Shown one piece after another: positions 9,847 through 17,542 of a stretch of 64,000 nucleotides of DNA. Within the stretch, counting starts at the first letter, position 1; each line of letters starts with the position of its first letter. Origin of the DNA: a virus (taxonomy: Duplodnaviria; Caudoviricetes); IMG/VR virus record IMGVR_UViG_3300007151_000001, positions 32,352 through 96,351 of that record, one strand, 5' to 3'. Under the pieces are notes generated by a model, which saw only the letters and a list, made by a program, of their open reading frames with translations, was not told the DNA's origin and did no database searches. The translations under genes were made by a program, and so were the position numbers.

Positions 9847-9918
9847 CAGCCCCGCCGGGAATTGAACCCGGTACCTCGCCGTGGACAGTAGCGGATGCAA
9901 CCGTTACACTTCGGGGCT
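9847..9918 (-). tRNA. tRNA-like gene, anticodon GTC (Asp-like), non-canonical
   Basis: AGCCCCG/CGGGGCT acceptor, D-loop with GG, loop CT-GTC-CA, T-arm CCGGG-TTCAATT-CCCGG; A at position 8 and C at position 37. Confidence 0.65.
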
Positions 9919-9939
9919 TTGGCTCCTATTCCGACAATC

Positions 9940-10227
9940 TCAGATATGGCGTTGATAGCCCCGGTTGCGGCCTCGGCTGTTGTTCTTGTTGCGTTTTGTG
10001 GCCCCGCGGCGTTGCCCTCGGGATCGTTGGCTTTTGGCGGCGGCTTCCCGCTCCAACTGTTCTTTTCGGCGCTGCGCCTTCGCTTCCCGCAGGGCGAGTT
10101 TCGCTGGGCTAATGTCGGGCGGCGTTGCAGACTTAGGTGGGGCGGGGGATTTCCGCTTGCTGACCGTGCGCCGAAAATGGCGGCGGTTGCCCTGTTGGCG
10201 GGCTTTACTGGCTTTGGGCGTTCGCAT
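9940..10227 (-). CDS. Short Arg/Lys-rich basic protein
   Basis: AGGAGG RBS directly before the ATG; 95 aa. Confidence 0.55.
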   Translation of the reverse strand: MRTPKASKARQQGNRRHFRRTVSKRKSPAPPKSATPPDISPAKLALREAKAQRRKEQLEREAAAKSQRSRGQRRGATKRNKNNSRGRNRGYQRHI

Positions 10228-10734
10228 TTCCTCCTTGGGAACGCAAGTCGGGAATAGGCAACTCTGCCTCGGCGAAGGTGGCGAAGGTCAGCGACCACAA
10301 TTCCAGGCCATCAGCCCGCCTATAGCCCCGTAGTTGCAAGAACCGCGGGTTGGGGATCAGATACTCTTGCAACAGTGCCCCTTGCGCAGCGAGGCCGGCT
10401 GCAAGGCTGTCGTAGTACCGCTGTTCCTTACGCGTACGCCCGAAGATGGGCACGGCAAAGATATCCACGGTACAGGTCTCATCCATCCTCTACTCCTTCG
10501 GCATAGCGCACGAACGTCGTCTGCCACAGTTTGCGCTCGTCGTTGAGCCAGGCCGTCAATTCGCAGTACAGCAGTTGTGGGTCGGACTGGTGCTTTTGGA
10601 CGAGCGTATTCCAGCAGTCCCACGTATGCCGGCGGACATCGACGCCCGGCAATGTGCGAAATGTGATCTGCTCTCGATAATGCGCCGTCGCTCCCTCCTG
10701 CAGAGCGAAGACATGCACGACGACGGCATCGGGC

Positions 10735-11010
10735 TTAGGCATGGGCTTGCTGCGGCTTACGGCGGCGGACATTCACCCGTTGTCTGGGGGGGGCAAGTAT
10801 CGACAAGCCCCGCAAATGCTTGGTGTGTGGATGCTTACCCCCGCTCTGTTTCGCCCGACGTTTCTTGCGATTATGCGCAGTCTGCTCTGCTTGCAGGGCG
10901 GTACGGGCGGCTTTGGCCTCTAGCCAACGGCTGGCTTGCGGCAAGGGAGTGCGGGTACGGGAACGTCTAGGCATTGCCACGGTCCGGGAACCCGTCTTCT
11001 TCCTGCCCAT
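10735..11010 (-). CDS. Short Arg/Lys-rich basic protein (MGRKKTG...)
   Basis: GGAGG RBS then CAGAGATG; follows the tRNA at 11040. Confidence 0.5.
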   Translation of the reverse strand: MGRKKTGSRTVAMPRRSRTRTPLPQASRWLEAKAARTALQAEQTAHNRKKRRAKQSGGKHPHTKHLRGLSILAPPRQRVNVRRRKPQQAHA

Positions 11011-11039
11011 CTCTGCCTCCGGTCTGTGGTTTCCAGTCA

Positions 11040-11111
11040 TAGCCCCGACGGGAATCGAACCCGCTAGAACCGCGTCTAAAGCACGGCGTGTATCCATTGC
11101 ACCTCGGGGCC
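11040..11111 (-). tRNA. tRNA with UUA anticodon (putative ochre suppressor)
   Basis: Full cloverleaf: GGCCCCG/CGGGGCT, D-loop AATGGAT, anticodon arm CCGTG-CT-TTA-GA-CGCGG, T-arm GCGGG-TTCGATT-CCCGT; 72 nt. Confidence 0.75.
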
Positions 11112-11125
11112 TATAGTTGTTCGGG

Positions 11126-11338
11126 TCAACCCCAAGGACCGCCCCATTTGCTACCGCTGCGCCGTTTTTTGCCCGCCCGTTTATTGCGACGCGCCGTTGT
11201 TTTGCGGCGGCTTCGATTCCAGGCTTCCGCCCTGAGCCATTCCTTGCGGCGCAACTCCTTGGCGGCCGCCCGCGCCTCCTGTTCCGTGCGATGTTCGGTT
11301 GCATCTTGGCGCGTGTGCGTTCTGCGCTTCCTGCCCAT
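11126..11338 (-). CDS. Short Arg/Lys-rich basic protein (MGRKRRT...)
   Basis: ACAGGAGG RBS then AAGAGATG; 70 aa. Confidence 0.55.
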   Translation of the reverse strand: MGRKRRTHTRQDATEHRTEQEARAAAKELRRKEWLRAEAWNRSRRKTTARRNKRAGKKRRSGSKWGGPWG

Positions 11339-11365
11339 CTCTTCCTCCTGTATATGATGTCTGGG

Positions 11366-11594
11366 CTATTTCACTTTGCCCCGCGTCCCGTGACGGCGTA
11401 TCCGCCGCCCGCCCCGATTGTTTTTGTTTCGCCGCGTCGCTCCCCTCCTGCGGGCGAGTTTGTGTTTGCGCTTGTTTCCCGCGGTGTCAGGCTGCTTGTT
11501 CCCGCCGTCGTTGTGCTTTGGCCGCGGCCGCGGCGTGCTTGGCCGGATGCGCGGTCGGGTCCACGGCATCCGGGTCGGGCACATCATGCGTCAT
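11366..11594 (-). pseudogene. Broken paralogue of the basic protein at 9940..10227
   Basis: AGGAGG-ATG frame reads ...PAKHAAAAAKAQRRREQAA* and another frame reads RRGATRRNKNNRG; these match PAKLALREAKAQRRKEQ and RRGATKRNKNNSRG of 9940..10227. Confidence 0.45.
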
Positions 11595-11623
11595 GCTTTC
11601 CTCCTATGCTGGATTTCGTCAGG

Positions 11624-11691
11624 GGCCTATTACGGGGATCGAACCCGCCGCCGTCCCAGGAACAGAGGGACTGCGCCGCCCAGGATAGGCC
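11624..11691 (-). tRNA. D-arm-reduced tRNA-like element (loop centred on GTT)
   Basis: Perfect GGCCTAT/ATAGGCC acceptor, GTCCC/GGGAC arm and T-arm GCGGG-TTCGATC-CCCGT; only about 13 nt in place of the D arm. Confidence 0.45.
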
Positions 11692-11765
11692 GCGTCGTCA
11701 GGGCACGATTTCAAGATGCTGGATTGAGGTCGTCATATGTGTGCTCCTGTAGTCCTGTGTTTCAA

Positions 11766-11832
11766 TCCCCCGCCGCCGGGAATCGCTCCGGTCGTCGCCC
11801 CATATGACAACTCACGGACCCACGGCGGGGGA
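11766..11832 (-). ncRNA. Structured tRNA-like RNA
   Basis: 10-bp closing stem TCCCCCGCCG/CGGCGGGGGA enclosing two hairpins, one T-arm-like (CCGG-AGCGATTC-CCGG). Confidence 0.35.
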
Positions 11833-11954
11833 ACCCTCTTCGTACCTTGCAGTACTGTCGCGAAACGGGGCGCTACCGTCTCCTATGCCCAGCGGAAATC
11901 AATAGGCACGGCCCTCCAGATGCCAGGATAAAACCAGGGCGACTTGGGCGCCCA

Positions 11955-12026
11955 CAGTCCCGGCGGGAGTCGAACCCGCTACCCTGCGCGATACAGACGC
12001 CCATGCAGCCGTTACACTTCGGGACT
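11955..12026 (-). tRNA. tRNA-like gene, anticodon GTA (Tyr-like) on a short-variable-loop body
   Basis: AGTCCCG/CGGGACT acceptor, loop CT-GTA-TC, T-arm GCGGG-TTCGACT-CCCGC; 5' half nearly identical to the 9847 tRNA. Confidence 0.6.
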
Positions 12027-12467
12027 TCATTCGGTCTCCTGCTGCGGAAACGACGGCGGTAGATTGCGCACAATGCGCACAGTCTCCACACTGAGAGCGA
12101 TCAGACGTCGCAGATGGTCAATCAACCTTGCCGGCTCGTCGGCGAACCAGGCGTTGGGGTCATTCACGATCCCGCTCTCCTTGTCTTGACGGATGTAGAG
12201 GCGATCCCGTGCCCAATCCAACGGCGAGCGACCATTGACGATATAGGCATGAGCGTCGTCGGGAATGTCTCGCAGCGTGACATGCGGCGTTACGTGCAGC
12301 ACACTGCGGTCAGCATTGCGTCGCCAATCGTGCCCGCAATCCCGTTGCTGCTGCTCAGCCGCACAAAGGGCACAGCCCCACCGCATCGGACGCATACCCA
12401 GACGATACGGCTCGACGGCATCGGGATCGACTTCCAGGCGCATAGGGCGCGGTGTCGATTGGGTCAC
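12027..12467 (-). CDS. Protein containing the extreme C-terminal segment of Type ISP restriction-modification enzymes
   Basis: IP..A..Y.VNGRSPLDW...Y....DKESGIVNDPN...LSVETVRIV..LP matches the Type ISP (LlaBIII-like) C-terminus as I recall it. Confidence 0.65.
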   Translation of the reverse strand: MTQSTPRPMRLEVDPDAVEPYRLGMRPMRWGCALCAAEQQQRDCGHDWRRNADRSVLHVTPHVTLRDIPDDAHAYIVNGRSPLDWARDRLYIRQDKESGIVNDPNAWFADEPARLIDHLRRLIALSVETVRIVRNLPPSFPQQETE

Positions 12468-12907
12468 AGCAACCTGGCTTGGGTTACTTCACCGATAGCG
12501 GCGTGATCTAGAGATCGATAGATGTCTTCGATATGCACGAGTGAGTCATACTGACACCAAGCAGTCTGAATCTGCTTCCAGTGTTTGCCGTCAGCGGGAA
12601 AATGCACCTTCACCCAATCTCGCTGCGCGTCGTAATCCCCCTCCAACTCTACGACAAGCCAATCCTGAAACGTCCGTGAAGGTTGCATCAGCGCCGTCTC
12701 GGGCGGCAGCACGAAATAAGGGCCCCGCCGAGGATCCAACCGGGAGTTAAACTCTATGATCGCGCGTTTGACTTGCGCAGTGAGCTGCGCCTTGTCGTAA
12801 TTCCACAGCCACGCGTCGCAGTTGGTCTTAACCCCGTTGGAAAAGCACCGAAATACGGCTCCGCCTGATGCTGTTTCCTGAACACTTTTTATGGTAGACA
12901 TCCGCAC
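12464..12907 (-). CDS. Small protein with a Type ISP specificity-domain-like fragment
   Basis: VF..FS.GVKTN.DAW.WNY motif; paralogue of 12913..13359. Confidence 0.55.
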   Translation of the reverse strand: MRMSTIKSVQETASGGAVFRCFSNGVKTNCDAWLWNYDKAQLTAQVKRAIIEFNSRLDPRRGPYFVLPPETALMQPSRTFQDWLVVELEGDYDAQRDWVKVHFPADGKHWKQIQTAWCQYDSLVHIEDIYRSLDHAAIGEVTQARLL

Positions 12908-12912
12908 ACTAT

Positions 12913-13359
12913 TTATAGCAACGGATCTTGGCGCAAGACCCCGGCCGCTGTTTGGTCTAAGGCGTTCAGCACCGCCTTCATGGGTACGAGATCCTCAAAG
13001 CGACACCACCCTGTAGATGTGTTTGTCCAATGCCGCCCGTCTGCCGCAAACCTCACTTCGACTGCATCGCGTGTGCGGTCGTAACCGCCTACGATTTCCA
13101 CGATCAGCCAATCTGCAAAATTCCGCGCCGGATGAGAGATGTAGGCATTGGGAGGCAGCATCCAATGGCTTCCCCAACACGCATCCAGAGCTGCGTTGTA
13201 GGCCACGATTTGCGCTTTGGTCTGAACCGTCTGGGCACCGAGATCATAGTTCCAAACCCACGCGTCGTTGTTTGTGCATACGCCTCGACTATAGACACGG
13301 AAAATCACGTTGGGGTTAAGGGCTTCTTCCCGGGCCTGAGATAGCGACTTCTTCGGCAT
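12913..13359 (-). CDS. Small protein with a Type ISP specificity-domain-like fragment
   Basis: IF..YS.GV.TN.DAWVWNY motif; starts 3 nt after the csf3 stop. Confidence 0.55.
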   Translation of the reverse strand: MPKKSLSQAREEALNPNVIFRVYSRGVCTNNDAWVWNYDLGAQTVQTKAQIVAYNAALDACWGSHWMLPPNAYISHPARNFADWLIVEIVGGYDRTRDAVEVRFAADGRHWTNTSTGWCRFEDLVPMKAVLNALDQTAAGVLRQDPLL

Positions 13360-13362
13360 CGT

Positions 13363-14181
13363 CTACAACTCCCGCATAGCCCCTAGCCAGTCCATATCGG
13401 CGGCTTCGTCCAAATGCATGACGGGCCGGGGGTTGTCCGTCCCGTCATGGGGCACGTCTTCCGCCCCGACCAACTGTCGGGCCGTGCGATACGGGCTGGG
13501 CCGGCAATAGGCGAACCAGGGCAGATGCCAGTAGGGGGGCGTCCACGGCAGATATTGATAGACGGGCGGGAAGACGTCGAAATCGTCGCCCCGGATGTCT
13601 CGGCCATGCAGATGCGCAAAGGGCACGGTACGTCCCGTCAGAACCAAATCTCCCGCATCCGTGGGTGCTTGGATAGGCGCCACCTGCCATTGGGCGACGC
13701 GGCCACGGCCCGCCTTGGCATCGGCGCCGACATAGGTGATGATTTGGAGTTCCGCCTGCAAGCGTTCCGGGTCGGCGAGAGCCAAGCACCCGATACGGGC
13801 AGTATGCGTCAAGCGGCGGCTCAACCGCTTCACCTTCCAGCGGCCCACCTTTTTCTGGACATTGCGCTGGCCGGGCCGTACCCGATGCATGCGATAGTCG
13901 GGGATACGGGTATGGGTGTAGACCGTGGAGTGCGTCACGGGCGTCTCGGGGACCAAAGGCGTACATGCCCAGAGAGGTTTGCCCTCAAGGGTATCCCGCA
14001 AGAACAAGGAGGGCAAATCGACAATCTGCAACCCGGCCTGCTGTGTGGAACGGTCGAAGTAGAGGAATGACAGCATGCTGTCCAACTGCAGACTGTCTGC
14101 CGGGGCGTGCGTAATGTACGGCGTGATGAGCCGGGCTTGCACGTGTACGAGGGTGAAGGTCTGGGCACCTTGGAGAGACAT
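13363..14181 (-). CDS. csf3: Type IV CRISPR Cas5-family subunit Csf3
   Basis: V.ARL.TP...LQLDSML N-terminus, LWACT, Gly-rich loop VGADAKAGRGRV.QW and PPYW motif; operon context. Confidence 0.75.
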   Translation of the reverse strand: MSLQGAQTFTLVHVQARLITPYITHAPADSLQLDSMLSFLYFDRSTQQAGLQIVDLPSLFLRDTLEGKPLWACTPLVPETPVTHSTVYTHTRIPDYRMHRVRPGQRNVQKKVGRWKVKRLSRRLTHTARIGCLALADPERLQAELQIITYVGADAKAGRGRVAQWQVAPIQAPTDAGDLVLTGRTVPFAHLHGRDIRGDDFDVFPPVYQYLPWTPPYWHLPWFAYCRPSPYRTARQLVGAEDVPHDGTDNPRPVMHLDEAADMDWLGAMREL

Positions 14182-14945
14182 CAGAATGGCGTATAGCCCG
14201 ACTCGAACTTTTTCATGTCAGGTACCCGCTGCAATACGGCGGTCCAGGTCTGAGGCCACAGTTGACGAATGGCATCCACGGCCCCTGCTTGGATGGCGGG
14301 CAAATAGGTGAAGGGGCCGACTCGCTGTCGCTCCGGGGGAATGCCGGCAGCGCGCATGCGGTCGTACACGGCATTGTAGGGCACGGCATAGGCCGCCAGA
14401 TAGGCCCAGATATCCGTGTCGGTCCAATCGTGCAACGGATTGCATACCAGCTGCGTAGATTTCCGCTGATACGCCGGTCCATGTCGCACGAAATGCCACG
14501 CCCGGTCTTGCGACTCGGTAGCCCGCAGTCCTAGCAACAAGCCTCGATACCCCAACCGCACCCCGAGGGGCACGCCGTTGGGTTCCATGACCTGCAACGG
14601 CGGGTCAGGGTCGGGCGGCGGCCAATGGTCGAATTCCACGCCCGGCGCAATCTCGTACCGCTGACGCACGGCCACATGGTGCAACAACGGCGTCTGGGCG
14701 ACGAAGCGCCGGGTCTCGGGCAACACCGTGAACTCTTCGTCCTGATAGAGACCCGGCAATTGAGGGTCGATTTGGCGGGCCATGTGCAGCAGCACCGTGC
14801 TGTCCTTGCCGCCGGAAAAGGCAACTACGGTATCCGGGGTCTCGGCCAAGTGCGTACGGAGCAGGTCTTGGGCTTGCTGTACGCGCCGCCGGAAGAGATC
14901 CGTGCGGCTATGGGCTTGATAGCCGAGTCGGGTCAAACGGTCCAT
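14181..14945 (-). CDS. cysH: CysH-like PAPS reductase family protein of type IV-B systems
   Basis: VAFSGGKDSTV PP-loop, GLRA.ES..R, NPL.DWT..DIWAY and Y..VYD motifs; ATG 2 nt after the csf2 stop. Confidence 0.85.
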   Translation of the reverse strand: MDRLTRLGYQAHSRTDLFRRRVQQAQDLLRTHLAETPDTVVAFSGGKDSTVLLHMARQIDPQLPGLYQDEEFTVLPETRRFVAQTPLLHHVAVRQRYEIAPGVEFDHWPPPDPDPPLQVMEPNGVPLGVRLGYRGLLLGLRATESQDRAWHFVRHGPAYQRKSTQLVCNPLHDWTDTDIWAYLAAYAVPYNAVYDRMRAAGIPPERQRVGPFTYLPAIQAGAVDAIRQLWPQTWTAVLQRVPDMKKFESGYTPF

Positions 14946-14947
14946 CG

Positions 14948-15793
14948 TCAGCTCAACTGCACGCGGTCCGTACCGAGGGTCCCGTCCAATAGGCCCTGCT
15001 GCATGGCGGCGTGATGCGTAGCGAGATGGTCCTGCCACGGGCCGATGTCCGTCGGCCCCTCCAACTGCTGCCAATGCACGCGGCCCCGACCCTGGCTGGC
15101 CCGCGCCCCGATGTATTGGTCCCAGGCTTGCAGTGCTGCCCTGCCCGCGGCGACGACTGCCGGCGTAGACCAGCGGTCGAAGAGCAGCTCGACCCAGATC
15201 TGGGTGCCGGCGGCCAACGTCTCGTACTGAAACAGCATTTGATTGCCGCTGGCGACGTCGCCCGTGCCCCGGGTGCGCACTTCGTCTTGGACCAGATCCC
15301 AAATGCTGATATCGGGCACCTCGAGTTCGGGGGCCAGCAGTCCCAATTTTTCTTGATTTTCCCGACAGACGACCAGAGCCAACACTTTGAGGTCGCTGCG
15401 GGGGAGCAGGAACGCGTCTACGCTGCCGCCGAGCAGCCGGAAGTTCGGATAGAGATCGAAGATCTGTTGGGCGTACTCGTTTTCCGCCGCCGGCGCCTTG
15501 CTGCCCTGCTTGAGCGAGCCGCCGGCATACAGCAGATTGACCGCACTCTGGCTCAAGCCGCCCACCGGAATTTCCAGCTGTTGCAGCAGCCTGTCGGCCA
15601 AAGGCGTGCGCAGCATGACGCTGCGCAAGGCGTTGGCCGACAGGCAGGGCATGCGCACGGGTACGCCGTCAATCACCTCCAGTTGCCGCATAAAGAGCGT
15701 GGTGTTGCCTTGGGTGGACAGCGTATCGCCGTGGGCCACCGGGGAAAGGGTTTCGAGCCGCAGCGTGATACGCGGCGGGGCTTCCAGGGTCAT
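14948..15793 (-). CDS. csf2: Type IV CRISPR Cas7-family backbone subunit Csf2
   Basis: LETLSPVAHG...GN..LF.R, P.LSANALR...R, LY.GG.L, QM.FQYETL..G and Gly-loop IGARASQGRG. Confidence 0.85.
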   Translation of the reverse strand: MTLEAPPRITLRLETLSPVAHGDTLSTQGNTTLFMRQLEVIDGVPVRMPCLSANALRSVMLRTPLADRLLQQLEIPVGGLSQSAVNLLYAGGSLKQGSKAPAAENEYAQQIFDLYPNFRLLGGSVDAFLLPRSDLKVLALVVCRENQEKLGLLAPELEVPDISIWDLVQDEVRTRGTGDVASGNQMLFQYETLAAGTQIWVELLFDRWSTPAVVAAGRAALQAWDQYIGARASQGRGRVHWQQLEGPTDIGPWQDHLATHHAAMQQGLLDGTLGTDRVQLS

Positions 15794-16182
15794 GAGGCGT
15801 CGTCTCCTTGGCGGCGTTGCCGCTTGTGGGTATCGTGGACATGCCGCGCCAACAGGATCAACGTCTGCGTCTGGGTCCGGTACAGTTGCAGCGCATCGGG
15901 CGACAGGTCACGTAACAGGGCGAGCAGCGTTTCGGGGCGACCCGCCGCCGGCCAACGCATATGCGCCGCCAGCTTGTCCCAGAAAAGACGGGGCCGGTCG
16001 CTCTGCAAAGCCGCAATGCGTACCCGGTCTTCGAGCCGCACGAAGCGGGTAGGACCCTCGAGCACGCCCACTCCGTCGTAGGTGTTGTACTGGTCGAGGG
16101 CATAGGCCAGCAGGGACACGGCTTGTTGTTCCGGCGGCGTCAAATCGGCAGTCAGGTCGGTGTCAAGGTCACTAATGTTCAC
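15790..16182 (-). CDS. csf4: Type IV-B small subunit Csf4 (Cas11-like)
   Basis: Small helical protein (FWDKL) coupled to csf2 by an ATGA overlap; start codon uncertain. Confidence 0.65.
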   Translation of the reverse strand: MNISDLDTDLTADLTPPEQQAVSLLAYALDQYNTYDGVGVLEGPTRFVRLEDRVRIAALQSDRPRLFWDKLAAHMRWPAAGRPETLLALLRDLSPDALQLYRTQTQTLILLARHVHDTHKRQRRQGDDAS

Positions 16183-16277
16183 TTTCGGATTCCTTGGTTC
16201 AGTGTTTCACCGGTGTCTGCCCGACCAGAGTCGGCTTGTACGACACCTCCCCACCTAACGACGCCGTGACACGCGCC
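16167..16277 (-). ncRNA. Stand-alone omegaRNA / single-guide-like RNA, second copy of the scaffold of the 54344..56044 nuclease
   Basis: 16277-16193 aligns to 55954-56039 at 78/86 nt with a compensatory change CCAAC/GTTGG to CCGAC/GTCGG; continues GAATCC-GAAA-GTGAACATTA-GTGACC, ending like the array-2 repeat. Confidence 0.8.
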
Positions 16278-16287
16278 GGAACTGAGC

Positions 16288-16995
16288 CTACTCCTCGGCA
16301 TAGGCCATGAGCAACGCGGGGATGAAATCGGCGTCGTCGCGGCGGGCTGCCACTTGCATGGCGTCGGCTTCGTGGCGCCAGCGCAGATAGCGGGCCGGCG
16401 TCTTCCATTGCCCGCGCAATTCGCTCTTCGTCACGCCCTGCGCCAGCAACCGGCTCATGCGCTGTACGAGGTCGTCTGTGCGCTGGGGATGCAGGGCGAT
16501 GCGCTGCGAGATGTCGTAATGCAGCGCATGCACGTATACAGCGGCCTGAGACGTGAATTCGACCAACGGCCACAACCGCGGTTTGGTGTCTGCCGTCATC
16601 AAGCCCGCCCCGTAGCAACGAGGCGTCATGGTCGGCAAGAGCGTTTTCCATGTCACCCTGTCGGGGTGCGGTGCGAACGTCGGCCAGACCACCGACCCGT
16701 CCTGTACCCAGAACGAGCGATTGCTGGTCATGCCTTTGGCTTTGGTATGCCCATAGAACCAGGCACACGCGGGGCAGATGTACCGGCTGAAGCGCAGATT
16801 TTCCGCATGCCGGGTGAAGGTGGACGTCTCGATTTGGGTCACGGGCACGGCTTGCGCCGTAGGCCGGCCACAGGTCGCACAAGGCGTATCCGGGGGCACG
16901 TCTTCCGGCTGATGTTTCGCCGCCAGGGGCGGGCAGCCCAAGGCTTCCCAGACGGCCTGGGATACGGAACGGGGCAACGCGGAAGACGACAGCAT
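16288..16995 (-). CDS. csf1: Type IV Cas8-like large subunit Csf1
   Basis: Zn-finger CATCG...TFT......ICPAC, NRS, and KPRLW motif; first gene of the operon. Confidence 0.7.
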   Translation of the reverse strand: MLSSSALPRSVSQAVWEALGCPPLAAKHQPEDVPPDTPCATCGRPTAQAVPVTQIETSTFTRHAENLRFSRYICPACAWFYGHTKAKGMTSNRSFWVQDGSVVWPTFAPHPDRVTWKTLLPTMTPRCYGAGLMTADTKPRLWPLVEFTSQAAVYVHALHYDISQRIALHPQRTDDLVQRMSRLLAQGVTKSELRGQWKTPARYLRWRHEADAMQVAARRDDADFIPALLMAYAEE

Positions 16996-17000
16996 AGCCC

Positions 17001-17009
17001 TTTATAGCA
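17001..17009 (-). promoter_or_regulatory. Extended -10 promoter giving a probably leaderless csf1 mRNA
   Basis: TGC-TATAAA lies 5 nt before the csf1 ATG; no RBS; strong hairpin (about 17048-17075) upstream. Confidence 0.5.
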
Positions 17010-17092
17010 TACAATCGCCGAGGATCAAAATCAGCCTAGGAACCCGACCAGGCCCCCGGCATTGCCGGGGCCTGGGTCCGTGGGGCAGCCGC

Positions 17093-17542
17093 TCAGGGCT
17101 CGGCATAGCGCGCCTTCAGGGAGGGACAAATCAGCTGAGACCAGATTTTCGTATGCAGCGCACTCGCTGCGGCGAGGCCCCGTTGCAAGTCTTTGCCGTC
17201 GATATGCGGCGCAACCCGCCACCCCACACAACGCAGCCGCGGCTTCTCGGGCTGGAGCGCGAGCAAAGGACAGGGGATACCCGGCGGCGACCAGGGATCG
17301 TGCCCTAGCCGCAGCCACCACCCCGTGTACGACAGCTGGCGGCTCGCATGCGGCGACAGCAGATAGGTCAGCACGGCGTCGAGACTGGTCTCCAAATACC
17401 TGATATGACTCTCGGGACACGTACCTGTCGAGTCACCGTCGACGAGGCGTATTTCGGGCGACATCGTGAGCGCGTTGAACAAGCCGGCGTCGTTCCGCCC
17501 ACCAGTGCCCCAGCGCCAAACAGCAGGAATGTGCGTCAGCAT
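17093..17542 (-). CDS. Hypothetical protein
   Basis: GGAG RBS; coupled to the upstream gene. Confidence 0.45.
   Translation of the reverse strand: MLTHIPAVWRWGTGGRNDAGLFNALTMSPEIRLVDGDSTGTCPESHIRYLETSLDAVLTYLLSPHASRQLSYTGWWLRLGHDPWSPPGIPCPLLALQPEKPRLRCVGWRVAPHIDGKDLQRGLAAASALHTKIWSQLICPSLKARYAEP

Noticed and set aside
11766-11832. Possible tmRNA piece
   Set aside because: No alanyl-type acceptor end or tag reading frame could be identified; kept only as a structured element.
16159-16168. The putative guide begins TTGACA, like the origin iterons and -35 boxes
   Set aside because: Only 6 nt of the guide match before diverging, too short to claim targeting.
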